A stretch of DNA of 63,907 nt, counting the filler, from Octopus bimaculoides (Eukaryota), in NCBI RefSeq assembly GCF_001194135.2. It is 4 parts of 4 records of this genome, joined end to end, with 100 filler letters (N's around TTAATTAATTAA, not from the genome) between each part and the next. Parts side by side here need not be neighbours in the genome. Positions count along the whole stretch, not along the records: positions 18,403 to 40,658 come from NC_068990.1; 3 more parts are not named here. One strand, written 5' to 3'. Positions 25,371 to 39,389 of the stretch are shown here, piece after piece. Within the stretch, counting starts at the first letter, position 1, and each line of letters starts with the position of its first letter. The notes under the pieces are model-generated. The model was given only the letters and a program-made list of their open reading frames with translations. It was not told where the DNA came from and made no database searches. The translations under genes and the position numbers were made by a program.

Positions 25371-25619
25371 AATGAATCCTTAATCTCATTCTTAAGGTGA
25401 ATTTTATTTGTCAAATGTAATCTTTGCTGCATCCATTGCATTTGATGGTATGTCTTAAATTTTTTAAAGAACAAATAAATTGGTTTCTCACAATAAAAAT
25501 CTGTCCGAATTTAAATTCATGCTGTATCTTCAATAAGATTGTCACAAATTCTACAATTAGAGTAGTCATACTTTTTAACTACTGGAGTTAAGTGCATAGT
25601 TGCTAGTTTTGCATTGGCA

Positions 25620-26871
25620 TTAGGTCATCTCATAAATAATGTAGTTTTTTCAGTTGCATGAACTAAAAGTTAGAGGGGGACAGGATAAACTATCTGCATC
25701 AACTTGCTATAAAATTTTACACTGTTCTTATTTATAGTGCAAGTTTTGAAGAATGCAATTCGATTTTAACAGTTATTTTATCAAAGCTATAATGGAAGTG
25801 ACAAAGGAACATATTTGGCATATTTTGCTTTATGAGTTCAATAAAAGCAACAATGCAAGGGTAATGTGAGGAATATTAATGCAGTATATGAGGATCAGGA
25901 GATCAGACAATAAGCATACGCTAGCGTCAAAGGTGGTTCCAGAAATTCTGAGCCAGAAACTACAGCCTAGAAGATAAGCCTTGATGAGAACATCCTGCAA
26001 ACCCTGGTGGAACAAAATCCCATAGTAACTGTTGAGGAACTAGCAGAGAAGCTTGGATTTGGTCATTCAACCATTCATTGACACCTGTGTGCTATTGGAA
26101 AAGTCATCAAATTGGGTTGATGGGTTCCTCACAAAATTTCTGAGTCTAGTCGCACAGAAAGAGTGAATGTGTGCTCTTCTTTGCTGTCATGTCTCATGAA
26201 TGAATCTTTTTATAACCGAATAGTGACTGGTGATAAGAAATAGGTTCTCTATAAAAATTTCAAGTGCCGATGACAGTGGGTAGGGAAAGGAGAAAAACCA
26301 GCACCCCAGGTTAAAGAAGGTCTTCACCCATGCAAGGTGTTGTTATCTGTTTGGTGGAATATGAAAAGTTTAGTCCACTTTAAACTTTTAAACCAAAACC
26401 AAATGATAACAAAGGAGATCTACTGTGAGCAACTTGAGCAGCTTAAGTCAGTGCTAGAAGAAAAACAACCATCTTTGGTTTCAAGACGAAAGGTGTTCTT
26501 CCATCAGGATAATGCTTGGCCACATACAGCGAGGATGACATTCCAAAGGTTGGGGCAGTTTGAATGGGAAACGATGCCCCACCTACCATATTCACCGGAC
26601 ATTGCCCCATCTGATTATCATTTATTCCGCAGTCTTCAAAATCATTTGGATAGAAAAAATATGGACTCTGCAGATGAGGTCAGAACAATACTGGTGGAGT
26701 ATTTTTTGTCACAGACAAGTGAATTTTGAAAGAGGGGCCTTGCAAGTCTGCCAGATAGATGGAAGAGCATTGTAGAAAATGAAGGAGAATATATTTTAGG
26801 TTAAAAATCTATATTTTAGATTGAAAAATGGAAGTTTTTTTTAAAAATGCATTATTTATGAGATGACCCAA
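25620..26871 (+). mobile_element. Full-length defective mariner (DD34D) transposon
   Basis: TIRs ttaggtcatctcataaataatg / cattatttatgagatgacccaa with a right TA (left flank CA), 1252 bp. Transposase motifs WVPH, IVTGD, FHQDNAWPH and PYSPDIAPSDYHLF; several stops. Confidence 0.93.
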
Positions 26872-26873
26872 TA

Positions 26874-27425
26874 GTTATTTTGGGATTTTGGTTGTTTTCT
26901 GCATTTGATTATTTTATATGATTCACATACATTTTCCAGTCTTGAGTCTGTTCTCAGTAATGCTATGCTCAGATAATGCTGAATGTCTCTGTGTTTCTTG
27001 AGTATTGTGTTGTAATTAAAGATAGTTTTGGGTACATCATTTTCGGCTTTTTGTAATTCTTCAGTGTCTATTGCTTTGGTGTGTTCTATTCCATTCATTA
27101 TTAGAGTAGATGGGTACTTTCTTTTAAGTAGTCCCTGTTTTAATTCTAAACTCTTTTATTCTGAATTTCTGTATTGGAGACAATTGTTTGGACTCTTGTA
27201 GCTAGGTAAAATGGAATATTTATTTTGGTATATTTTGGGTAGCATGAAGCAAATAATAAGTACTGTTTAGAGTCTGTTGATTTGTTGTGGATGTTGGTTT
27301 CTATGTTCATGTCATTCTTTATAATCAAAGTGCCTGAGAAGGGTAGTTTGTTTTGGTTATATTCAATAACCTGCCACTTCAAATGACTTGGCCTCTTCCT
27401 TGAATACTTCTTTATCTGCAGCATA
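26874..27425 (-). mobile_element. Penelope-like RT C-terminal remnant
   Basis: KLPFSGTLIIK..IETNIHNKSTDSKQYLLFASCYPKYTKINIPFYLATRVQTIVS. Confidence 0.8.
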
Positions 27426-28782
27426 TTCTAATAACATAGTGATATGGGTACGTGAAAGTTAGGGTACAAGAATTCATTTTCAATCTGGTAACCTCTGCCT
27501 CTTCCTTCTATATGAGTATCAACTGCTGATTTTAAGCTCCTTCCCAAGTTCATCCCCCCACTGTTTTCCTCACCTCTGATCCCTGCTTCAATAAGTTTTG
27601 TATCTTTGCCTGTATATTTGTTTATATGCCTGTATACCTGTTTATGGTTATGTCTGTATCATAGTATTTGTGTTGTTTTGCATGTTTGTCACTATAGATG
27701 TGTCTGTGTGTTTATTCTTGTTTGTGTTGATGCATTCACCACTACAGCTGTCTGCACGTTCATGATTATATTTCTTTGTATTTGCCTTTCCACTATTCTT
27801 CCTTCATCAGATTTCAGCTTTTTAGAATACTCTTGCCAATTTCCACTCCCTGTGCCCTCAACTTCTTTGTCTAATGAAGAGCAAGAGTACAAAACTCCTA
27901 AGTACTACTTCTCCCAGCATTTAAGCATATTCCTCATTCCACAAACTCTGCTTTTGATTAAGTGTTACCAGTTTCCTCAGAAAGTAAATCTTTATTCTTT
28001 CCTGAAAAGGAACTTGTGTCATGGCTGTAATATACCACACCTGGTAATGATAATTCTGTAACCAATAGTTAAGGTAAATGACTCATTTTGATGTAGCTTT
28101 TACTTACCTTGTGCACAAAATAATTGCAGAATATTATGGTATTTGAAGTGTTAGTTTATTACTTGTTTTATTTGAATTACTAACCCTCAAAAAAAACAAT
28201 ATTTCTGCACCCTCAATTCAAAAATATTGTAAATCATATCAATCCATGCTCTGTATTTAACTACAATGAAAAATACAGCTCTTGGTCAAAGTTGTAATCT
28301 CTTGAAATGTAAACCTCTTGGATCTTGCTATATATTAATGTAAAACATTTTTTCCCATAAGTTTGATTGAAAGCTTGTACCTTCGAGTAAGCTTTGATTT
28401 TGAATGTGTTCAACTAATAAACAATGAAACCAGTTTTGATGAAGTTGCATTGTTTGTAGGAGAGGTTGTTGTACAGATCTTTGAACAGCCCTTTCATTAC
28501 TATATTTCTAACCATAATACACTCCTTATGTGTTTAAATTAAATTCTAAAATAATTATGTATTTAGACTGATTTCATAAAACAACTCTGACTTTTTTTAT
28601 TTATCAACATGTTAACGTGATTTTTGAAACACAATTTAACAAAAGTTTCTTAACCAAATCTGTTTCATAATTTTCCTCAAAGTGAATCTATTACAGGTAA
28701 ATTTAATGAAATGCAACAGTATTTAAATTTTGTTTACACAGAATTCAAGAAAATGAGTTATTATTCAGTGTATAATATAAAA

Positions 28783-31700
28783 GGCATCCGTTGGTCTTGA
28801 GAGGCCATGGATCTGCACCCGAAGAAATCATGTCAGCTGCTGATGGTGGTGCATCTGTTGTGGCCGTACAGGCCCACATGGGAGTGGCAGTCACTCATAC
28901 AGCAGCTGCATTTAAAGAATCTCTCTGCCAGTGCTACTGGTTTTTCCTCCCATTGAATGCATTTTTCTTTAGTGGCAAGTTCCTGTTTTTTTTTCGCTCT
29001 CTTCATCCCCTTTTGCAGTATTTGTCTCTAGTGTAGGCAATCATTTGCAAATGTCCTTGAAACAAAGATGAGGTTGTCCTTGTGCTCTTGTGCCGGTAGC
29101 AAATTCCTCATACAGGAGGTCTTTTGGGATCCTTTCATCTGGCATGCGATGTACATGACCAAGCCAGCACAACAACACTGCTGGAGCAGGGTGAATATGC
29201 TGGATATCTTAGCTTGGTTGAGGACTTTGGTGTTGGTGATGAGGTTGATCCACTTGAAAGCCAAGATGTGTCTCAAATTATGAAGGGAAAAGACGTTGAA
29301 ACACCGCTCCTGTCTGGAGTAGAGGCTCCACATCTCACTGCCATAAAGTAGTGTACTAAGGATGCACACCTTATAATCAGCAATCAAGGAGAAGTCATCA
29401 GCGATGGTAGAACTGAGATAGGTGAATTGATGGATTACTTCCAGCTTGTAGTTGTTGATGGTGATGGTGGTAGGGTGCTTTGACACTTTGACCCAATACT
29501 TGCTTCTTCTTCAGACTGATAGTCAGACTGAATTCCTGACAGGCCTTTGAAAGTTTGTCCACGAGGTGCTGCATTTGCTCATCAGAATGTGCTGTCAGTG
29601 CTGCATTGTCTGCGAACAGCATTTCTATGACGAGTACCTAGATTTTGCTGTTTGATCTGGTGTGAAAGTAAACACCATCAGTTGATGTCCCAAATGCATG
29701 ACTGCAAAGAAGGTGCCAAACAGTGGGGCAAGCACACAGCCCTGCTTCATGCAGCTACACATGTTCAATGCCTCCAAAAAAGAGCCATCAAATTGAACAA
29801 TGCCTTTCAGGTCCACGTGAAATGATTGGGCAATCCTGAAGCGTCTTGGAGGACAACCAATCTTGGCAAGGATTTTGAACAGGCTGTCTCTACTGACTAG
29901 GTTGAAGGTGATAAAGGTGTGAGGCCGATGAAGTAATAAAGAGTGGTTGTCTTTGCTCTTGGCACTTCTCCTGTAGCTGTTGGAAAGAAATGATCATGTC
30001 GATAGTGGAGTGTTTTGAAATTCAGGATATACCCTCTCAATGAATTTTTTGTAGCCTGTTTTAGAGCCACGCAGGCAAAGACCTTCCAACGATGCTTAGC
30101 AGCGAGATGCCTTGGTAGTTATTGCTGTCGTTTTTTACCCTTTTTGTTCTTATATAGGGTGACAATGTTGCAGTCTCTCATGTCTTGCAGCACTGATCCC
30201 TCTTCCCAACACTGACACAGTAGCTTCAGCAAGTAGCTATGTAGAACTCTCCTTGCACATCTGATGTTCTCTGGTAGAATGCCATCCAAACCTGGTGCTT
30301 TTCCAGTAGGCAAGCCATCAATGGCTCTGCTCAGTTCTTTAGCAGTTGGCAGTGTGTCCAGCTCCTCCATGACAGGTAGGTGCTCTACTGTGTCTAGCTC
30401 ACTGCCCGAGATGTTTTCCTTGGCGTAGAGTTCAGAATAATGTTCCGCCCATCTCTCCAGCTGCTCTCTTTTGCCCTTGATATCTTTCCCTGTTCTGGAT
30501 TTGTGTGGAGCTATCTTGCTCTGGGTTGAGCTGATGGCTTTCTTGATACCCTCATACACTCCACGAATGTTCGATATCTGCACTTAGTTGTAACCAGTAG
30601 TCATTTGCACACCATCTCACTGACTTCTGCATGCTGTTCCTTGCTGATCACAATGCTTGCAGCATTGCCCTGGTGGGTTGGTGTTTGTATTTCAGCAGGG
30701 CAGCACAATTCTCCTCCACGAAGGTGCTGAGTTCTTTCACATTTGCCTCAAACCAGCCATGTGTCATTTTTCTCCTCCTCCCAAAGGCCCTCAGTGCAGT
30801 TCTATGGATGGCATTCCTGAGAGAGTCCCATGTCTGCTGAACATTGCTTTCTGGTGGGTCTGCAAGGAAGGTATCTTCCAGTGTTTTCAGGAATGCGTCT
30901 GTCAGCTTTTGGGTTGTGGTAGTATTGATGCACTGCTTGCCTGGAGGCTTAGCGCAGTGCATCATTTTTGGTTGGAGTTTGAGATTACAGCAAACCAGGG
31001 AGTGGTCTGTGTCACAGTCAGCGCTCTGAAAAGATCAAGTCAGGAGGACATTCCTCAGGTGGTTGTGTCTTGTGGTGATCAAATCTAGCTAGTGCCAGTG
31101 CCCCAAGCTAGAGTGATGCCAGGAGACCCTGTGTTGAGCTTTGGCTTGGAAGTAGGTGTTGGTGATACATAGTCCATAGAGCATGCAGAGCTCAAGCAGC
31201 CATTGCCCATTTTCATTCATGTTGGCAACCCTGTACCAACCCAGACACCCTGGCCAGTAGTTGTGATCAGCTCCCACTCTAGCATTGAAGTTGCCAAGTA
31301 GCACCAGTTGTTTTCCATTTGGGAATGCCTGTATTTTCCTAGAGAGCTGATCATAGAACATGTCTTGTGAGCAATGGAGCATAAGCACTGATAATGTTAA
31401 TAGGCCCATCAGAAGTGTGCAATCAAAGTGAAAGTATCCACTCTAAGTCATCACTGTTGAGTTCTACTGACTTCAACAAAGAGTTCTTCATGGCAAAGCC
31501 GACACTATGCTCTCTGACTTCATCTATGCCTTTCGCTTACCAGAGAAAGGTGTAGTCACTTTCTTGAAGGATCCTCAAATCCGGTAGCCTCATTTCCTGG
31601 AGTGCTGCACTGTCCACTCAAAGTCGTAGCAGTTCATTGTTGATCACTACTGTCTTGTGTCACTGATCTTTTGAAGGTTTTCTGACAGACCAGTTGTCAT

Positions 31701-32240
31701 GGTCCTTATGTTCCAACATCCGAGTCTGAATGCTGGTTTTTTGCATTGTTTGCTTGCTTGCTTGTTTGTTCATTTTTCTTGGTACAATTTTTACAGCCCG
31801 TGATTCAAGATGTTAGTTTTCCTAAGCTCCATGCACCCAGTGGAGCAGGTGGACTGTGACAGGACAGCACCTAGCTGAAATAAACCATGCTTAAAACCGG
31901 TAGACTGCTACTTTCCATGTTTTGCCATCATGGTGTGCAGGCCTAAGTAGTTTGTCTTGGGAGATCAACAGTTACCCATGTGACACATCTCTCTTCACCA
32001 TCACCAGTGTTATCCGAGGGAACGGCAGGGACCAATACGACTTTGCACCAGTGGAGCCACTGGAGTTGCCAGAAACAGGTTGTCTACAGCATCAAACTGC
32101 CTTAAGGACTCCAGCTCCTGATTTATCCTCAGGGTTTACTCCCAAAGCTTTTCCCTTAAGTGGGTATTGCCGCACACAGTGGAGTTGTTATTTATTGCTG
32201 CTGTCTTAAGCAAGTAAGAGCTTGATAAGCAGGATAACTA
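28783..32240 (-). mobile_element. Near full-length degenerate RTE-clade LINE
   Basis: APE endonuclease (LVLLGNFNARVG..ITNTYF), RT (GKAPGLDG, KQGCVLAP, MLFADNAAL), C-terminal region, 3' end ccatggcctctcaagaccaacggatgcc and an RTE-type 5' UTR at about 31900-32210. Multiple frameshifts; the 5' limit is uncertain. Confidence 0.92.
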
Positions 32241-34289
32241 ATAATGGGAGTTGCTTATTTAGATGGCTGTTGGCTCTTCAGAGTTCGTCTGCCCTTTGAC
32301 ATGTCTTATATTTAATCCTGCAGGGTGACCAAATAACAAGAAAAGCAAGCTCTGTGGGGTTGCCAGTTTAGTCGCTGACTTCCCAACATCTGGCACCTAT
32401 GAAGAAAGATAAAAACAAAAAAGAAAAGAAATAAATAAAGGGGGTGCAAGACAGAGGTACAGAGAAGAAAGAGGAAACACATCAATCAGATTTTTTAACA
32501 GTAATTTTAGTTGTAGATGAGAGACTGAAATAAACCAAAGGGCAACATGGTAGGGTTGTTATTTTATTTATTTTATTTTATTTTATTTTGGGCTGTTGCC
32601 TAAGGACAAAGCCTTGTGGCAAATGATTATTCTCAGGAGCTGTTTGGTTTAGTTGGTGGTAGGTGGAGGGGGGGGGGTTACAGGAAGAACAGGAGCAAGC
32701 TGAAAGTTATAGATATCTAGGGAGTGAATTAGAGAAAGTAAAAAAAAAACAGCATGGTTTCTTCGAAAGGAAGTCATCCCAAGCTAGCAAGAACCAGCTT
32801 TTGTAATTTATGCATATAATAATACATAACTATGTTAGAAACAGAATCAATCTAGTAGAGAAAAAAAAGATCCAAGCTTACTGTTGAAAGTTTGAAGTCC
32901 GTCAGAGGCAACAATGTATACAACAAAATTTCAATATAGAAGAATTGTGCAAATTATGGAATATCTATCAGTTGACCTGAATGCACATAAGACAGGTATA
33001 CTATAAAGGTAAAGCAAAATGAAATACTGGGATTTGTCTTTGAAGAAAACTAGGAAATGAAATACATGCCTTCAACTAAATGAAATAAACATCACATGCA
33101 TACATAAATACACAGAGACATAACCAAAATATGTTGCACATCTTATAGGTAAAATAAAATTACATGTAAATAAGAAATAAAAACGAAGTAAATTTGAAAA
33201 AAAATGTAGAATCAAATTCACGCACGCACGCACGCTTCCTAAAAGACATTCTGCAAAATGATTCATTTCTGCAATAATCACTCCATAGGCAAAAGTAGAA
33301 AAAATACTCTGATAGTTTTGTTTCTTTGGAAAGACTGTGGCTAGGTTTAATATCTTTCTAAAAATAACTACGGAAAACAGTTTTTAAATTCTTACAATAT
33401 TGGAACTGTTGTCAGAATTGTTTCACTTTTGGAAATAGAAATAACCAATTCATAATTACACATGTGGTTTTTATGTTTGTCATATATTTTGCTTAGACTA
33501 TGTTTTCTTTCAAAAATACTTTGAACTCAAATTGCTGCTTGGCAAAATGAAACTGTTGTCTAGTTTTTGTCAATAGTGAAACATTTTAGGAAATCAAAGT
33601 GAGAAAAAATGGAAAAAAAATCTCCAAAAGTTTGCAACACTCAGATATCATGTGAAACAATGCTAGACAGAGTAACTAAATTGTTTACATAGTGAAATCA
33701 TGTTTTCATGAATGTACTAATGAAATTTACCCTGAAGTTTTCATTTAAATATAACTTGATTATTTTGGTCATTTTTGACCGAAAATCTGTTTCTTCTGGT
33801 ATGAAAGAAAACTCAGCATTAGAGATTTGTGGAGGAGACATAAGTGCTGTAGGATGGCCTTAATTCTTCAGGACTTGATGATTGGTATCTTGTCTTACAC
33901 TGCAGCTATTTTGACGTCTATATGCATTTTGTAGTGCCAATGATAATCATTGTGTACCTACTGCTGACAGCAAATTAATAGCAGCAGGAAATATTAAATT
34001 ATTTATTTTCATTTTTACTTCTTATATTTTGTTATGACTTAGTTAATGGAAGAAGAGTAGTATCCACTACATTTTATAGGGCTTCTGAGATAGGTAGGGG
34101 AGAAAGTATTGAAACCTTGACTCATGTGTTACTCTTAAACTGGAGGCTTGTCCAAATTCTTGCAGTTGGGTGGACTCTACTAAAAGTGCCCATAGGCCAA
34201 GTGAAGGTGTAAAGATGAATGGTGTATGAAGTATACCATCCAGGGACTGGTACAGTCTATCTGATAGGTTTCTGTGCAATTTCTGTTTA

Positions 34290-34425
34290 CTCACTTCCCA
34301 CAAGTCTTGGGTGAAGCTGAAGCTATGGAGAAAGACTTGCCCAATGTACCATGCAGAAAAAATAAAACCAGAACCATGTGGTTATGAAATAAACTTAAAA
34401 ACCACATGGCAAATTCCTGTGCCTA
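34290..34425 (-). mobile_element. CORE-type SINE (family B), degenerate
   Basis: cacaagtcttggg..agacttgcccaatgtaccatgcag..accagaaccatgtggtt. Confidence 0.55.
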
Positions 34426-34504
34426 CTTGACACAAGACCACTTAAATTATCTTATTTACTCTATAACTATTCATTGTTTGTAAAAATAATTTAATTTTTT
34501 CTAG

Positions 34505-34688
34505 GCTGCTGTTTGGCTTAAATATGGTGAATGTCTTAACTGTTTGGGTGAACTTGAGAGTGCTGTGAATTCTTATCAAAGAGTGGTTGAGTTAGCACCA
34601 AGTCACACTGGTGCTCGTATATCATTATCTGCTCTGCAACAGCAACTTGGCCACTCTAGAGATGCAGTTGAAGCTCTCACCATACCAG
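34505..34688 (+). CDS. GTF3C3: GTF3C3 next exon (TPR motifs)
   Basis: tttttctag|...G|gtaagt, 184 nt: AAVWLKYGECLNCLGELESAVNSYQRVVELAPSHTGARISLSALQQQLGHSRDAVEALTIP. Matches recalled human AVVWLRHAECLKALGYMERAAESYGKVVDLAPLHLDARISLSTLQQQLGQPEKALEAL and continues in frame from the 24094-24240 exon (intron 24241-34504). Confidence 0.94.
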
Positions 34689-34914
34689 GTAAGTCTTTTG
34701 CAGTTTTCCAAGTACTTTTGTATTAGATTGTACTTTCAATTTGTAATAATGATATAGAACTTTAAAATTCTTTAGACAATTTATTTTCTAACTTAGGTAT
34801 AAGGTTAGGTTGATAAATGGAAGAAATGGAGAAGATATACTCCTCATCTATACTTCATACTTGTATTTATCTTATTGACCATGATATAATAACTTAGATT
34901 TTGGCCAGTATAGG

Positions 34915-36390
34915 CCCAGGCCATGACTAACTAAATATCATCACCTGGTGAAGTCTTTTCGATCATAATTCACACCTCAGTCATATATGGGACACCATGG
35001 CCCACTCTAGCAAAGAGTTATTATTGTTGGAGACATATCCGGGTGTAGGAGGTTGGTCTGGAATTATTTAGAGAAATTTTTCCAAAGAGCCTTTTGAATT
35101 TTATGGGATCTGTTTCCGTCTTGACGTATTTTGGCATAATATTAAAGAGAGCTGGACCAGTTGAGGTAAAGTAGTTGTGTCGTAATGTTATTATATGTCT
35201 TGAGTTCAATTTTTGCAGTGGACGGATAGCATGGGGGCCGAGTCTTGGGTGGATTTTAAAATTGATGCCAGCATCATTTGTGCAATATTGGTGGAATATT
35301 TTCCACATCACACAAATGATGTAGTGCTCATGGTAGCGTTGGAGAGAGTAGAGATTGAGTTTTTTTTAGTTGACCCCAGTAGTCAATGCCTTTCATGCCA
35401 TCTATTTTTCTTGTTATTGACCCCTGGAGTGCTTCCACATTCATAATGCTTTGCTTCATGTGGAGAGACCAGTGGGAAACAGTGTTCAAGGTGGGGGTCA
35501 GACAAAAGTAGAGTAGAGAAGGGTGATGGTGTGACCATCTCTAGACCAGAAAGTTCTCAGAATCCAGGAGCACATTTTGCTGTTTATGTGAGAACTCCAG
35601 CTTAGATTGTTATCAACAGTTACTCCAAGGTCTCTGTTGTTGGATGATACTAGGGAGCCACACGAGGGAAGGGCATATGATAGTTTCAGAGTATCCTCTT
35701 TTCCAAAGTGGATCAAATTAAACTTATCTTCATTTAGAAACATATTGTTCTTTTCCACCCATTGGACAACAGCAAACAGATCCAACTGAAAGTACGTTCC
35801 ATCTTCCATACCATTTATGGCCTTCAGGATCTTGGAATCATCTGGAAAGATTTTCATTGTACAGTGTTTGATGGCATCTACTGTGTCATTGATGCAGATA
35901 ATGAAGAGGAGTGGGCCCAACACAGTACCTTGTAGGACACTACTTCTGACTTTGACTGAGCTTGATCGAATTCCCTCAACCACAACATGTTGGGTTCTGT
36001 TCATCAGAAAATACTTTATCCACTGCAGCAGCTTTCCATGGCCTCCAATGTTGGATAGTTTCTTCAGCAGGATTTTGTGGTCCACTCTGTCAAATGCCTT
36101 GCTGAAATCAAGGTATATGACATCAGTGTTGGAGCCTTCTCCCAAAGCTTTTAAAATGTTATCAAAATGTTGCAGAAGCTGCAACAGGCAGTCCCTGCAA
36201 TTATAGAAACCATGCTGGTTGGGGTTCAGCAGATTGTTGTCTTTGAGGAAGTGGGTTATTTGGGATCTCACCACGCTCTCAAATGCTTTAATGATATTAG
36301 AGGTGAGTGAAATTGGATGGTAGGTCACTGCAAGAGATTTGTTTCCCTTTTTGAAAACTGGAAAGTCAGTTGCAGCAACAGTTGAACTCA
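34915..36390 (-). mobile_element. 5'-truncated CR1-clade LINE
   Basis: ORF 35498-36418: YHPISLTS, QHGF, YLDFSKAFDRVDH, LQGTVLGPLLF, FPDDSK; C-terminal GPALFNIMPK at 35021-35311. Confidence 0.92.
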
Positions 36391-36864
36391 GAATTGATAT
36401 GCAATGAAAAGTTGTCAATCTAGCTTTCTACCAACTGCACCCTAAAATAACCATACAGTAATATTAATGGCCTGCATGTAACAGTTTAAAATATGCTTCA
36501 CCTGATGAGAAAAAAACTTTTCTTGTGTAACTGTATCTCAACCCTGATTGACCAGACATATCATACATAAGTAGCTGGGTCCAATCCACAGATCTACAGC
36601 TTTAGATAGGCACATACTGACTAGTTGATGCAGCATTTCACATTCCAATATGCAGTGTTGACTGTATAAGGTGTAATGTGACACTTGAGAAATGGGAATT
36701 TTTTTCTCTTCCAGTTTGTTTCCGTATATTTGTACCTTCTTAACTCGCTATTACAGTAGAGACTGGTGTAGTGTAATGGCTGAAAGGAATGAAAACTTTG
36801 TCTATTTGTAGCTCTTCCATTGTGAAAATCTTCAGTTGGTAGTCCTTGTCTACCACTCTTTGAA

Positions 36865-38232
36865 ATCTAGGCCATGACAGAGGAATCCAAGACTGGCTAC
36901 CCCTGAGAGCTCCTGTACATTGATGACCTTGTTCATAAAGCTGAATCACTACTTGAACTAGAGAGGAAATTTCAGGTGTGAAAGCTAGGTTTTGAATCTA
37001 AGGGCCTTAGAGTTAATTTAGCAAAAACTGAAGTCCTAGTAAGTAGGAAAGCAGACAAATCACAAATCCATCTCACAGAAATGCCCCTGCTCAATATGTA
37101 AGAAGGGTGTTGCCAGAAACTCCATACAGTGTTCCCAGTGCAAACTTTGGACATGTAAAAGGTATAACAGTATCACAGGAAAATTTGCAGAGAAAATAGA
37201 TTTTGTGCATGGCAAACATGCAGATACAATTAACACTAAGAAGGTGCAGAGAGTAGACTTCCTAAAATGCTCGGAGGGGGTGGGGGAGTCATTAGAAGTA
37301 GTAGATAACTTCTGTTACCTAGGTGTCCAAGTTAGCAGTGGAGGAGAAAGTTCTGAAAGCATAATTGCTAGAATAAGAATGGGCCGTGTAAAGTTCAGAG
37401 AGCTAATACCTTCGTCAGTAACAAAGGGTCTCTCCTTCAGAGTGAAAGGCAGGTTGTATGATGCCTGCGTACCTACACTATGCTACATGGCAGTGAAACA
37501 AGAACTATGACTACAGAGGACATGTGAAGGCTTGACAGAAATGAAGTCACCATGCTCTGTTAGTGTGGACAGAGTGTAAATGACATAAGAGAAAAACTGG
37601 GTAAAAGAAGCATCAGATGTTGTGTGCAATAGAGAAGACTACGGTGGTATGGTCATGTGATGCATATGGATGAAGACAACTGCATAAAGAAGTCCTGATT
37701 TCTCATTGTGGAGGGAACCTGTAGGAGAAGTAGACCCAGGAAGACATGGGACAAAGTGGTGAGAAAAGATCTTCAGATGCTTGGGCCGAGACTTCTAGTG
37801 ATTTGCTGTACTTGAGAAGGCACGTTAAGCTAAGTAAAATTGTGGCTATCTTTACATACAGACATGTCCTTTATGGCCATACCCCAACTCCCTCTCCCAG
37901 CTGAGAGGTCTCTGTCTTGCAGGTGCCAGTTCCATGTAAAATGCACTCATGCTAGTTCTATGGAAATTACATTCATGTCAGTGCCATATAGCATGAACTT
38001 GGGGGCTGGTGCCGCATAAAATGCACTTGTATCGGTGCTATGTAATTGCACCCATTCCTGTTGCATCTATAAAAGCACCCAGCACACTGTAAAGTGGTTG
38101 GCATTAGGAAGGGCATCCAGCCATATGAACCATGCCAAATTAGACAGCTGGAGCCTGAACAGCTCTTTGACTGGCCAGCTATTGTCAAACCATCCAACCC
38201 ATGCCAGCATGGAAAACAAACATTAAACAATC
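36865..38232 (+). mobile_element. 5'-truncated RTE-clade LINE (second family) with 3' tail
   Basis: ELLYIDDL-like RT motif, ESKGLRVNLAKTEVL, CSICKKGV, LEVVDNFCYLG; ends in tggcattaggaagggcatccagcc..ccaacccatgccagcatggaaaac. Confidence 0.88.
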
Positions 38233-39389
38233 ACAATTAATAAAATAAATTTAAAAATAACAGGCTTGGTACTGACAAGCAAACCTTCCCAGGATTGCTA
38301 CACTGTAATTTATATCCCCATCCACACTTTCAGTTGGCCTGCAAAGGTCATACTTCTCTTTAAAGAAAAATAGCCCAGTAATTAGGAGAGTAAAAGGAGT
38401 CTGGAGTATGTATCCTTATAAAAATTAATTAGAAGAGTAACCAGCTCAGAAGCAAGCAGCTGCATAGTGACAGCTAGAATAGTAATTGATGTGGGTGCTT
38501 TGTTGCACTTTTAATGTGCTGTCTGGCAGTTTCAATGTTACAGGCAGGAGATTGGGTTGGATGATGATATTTCAAAATGGCATTTACTGGTGACCAGCTA
38601 CTTTTTGAAGCAGAAATTCAACTGTAGTTACCTACTAAACTTTCAGAATGAATACTAATGTGAGTACATGGCAGTTATTATAAGCTTCCATTGCTTGATG
38701 CAAAAGACAACTTGAACTTTAGAAAATACTAGTCATAGAACAGTCTACATTTAGAATTGTGATCCTTTATGGGGAGTGGAGCTAAAATGCAATGCTGAAA
38801 TTCTGAAGTGTAATTTCTTGGTGGTTGCATAGCAAGTTATATTTGCAAAAATATTGATTGACTGTGAGTTAATGGGGACTATGGTCAACTCAAAAAATGA
38901 GGACGGTATAAGGCAACAGACTTTTTAAGAAACTGTCCAATCACCTCATCACCTATCAATCTAGCAAATATGCATGTTGGATAGATCACATTTTCATCAG
39001 GAAACACCAGAAATGTTATTGTGAATACCTAAATGATGAAGAATGCACTACACATCATAAGTTTGTGGCTAGTGACAAGAAAAACAACATGGAGAGGGAA
39101 GGTTTAAAAATTAAAAGATCCAGCAATCAGGAATAGATTTAGAGAAATTCTGACACACATCACTGTAGGAAGAAGATTTAGATACCTTTAGCATAGACTA
39201 GCAGAGATACCTGGCATTGCGCGTGTTACATGCAATTGAAGGATGAGACTTTTCTCTTATATTTTCTGTAAGGAACTGGAATACATATGGTTGGAATTTC
39301 ATGAAAATTGCACATGAGGGTTCTTTCCCTCTTTACACACCCTAAAAAAAATTCTAATCATGAGACATGTATCCCATACTATTGATCTT

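Noticed and set aside
27775-27825. CTGATGA...GAAA on the minus strand (and a similar hit near 22215-22260)
   Set aside because: Stem II or stem III cannot be paired, so these are not counted as hammerheads.
5103-34688. Single gene or readthrough joining the RBFOX and GTF3C3 exons
   Set aside because: They are unrelated proteins separated by an artificial join; sharing a strand is not evidence of linkage.
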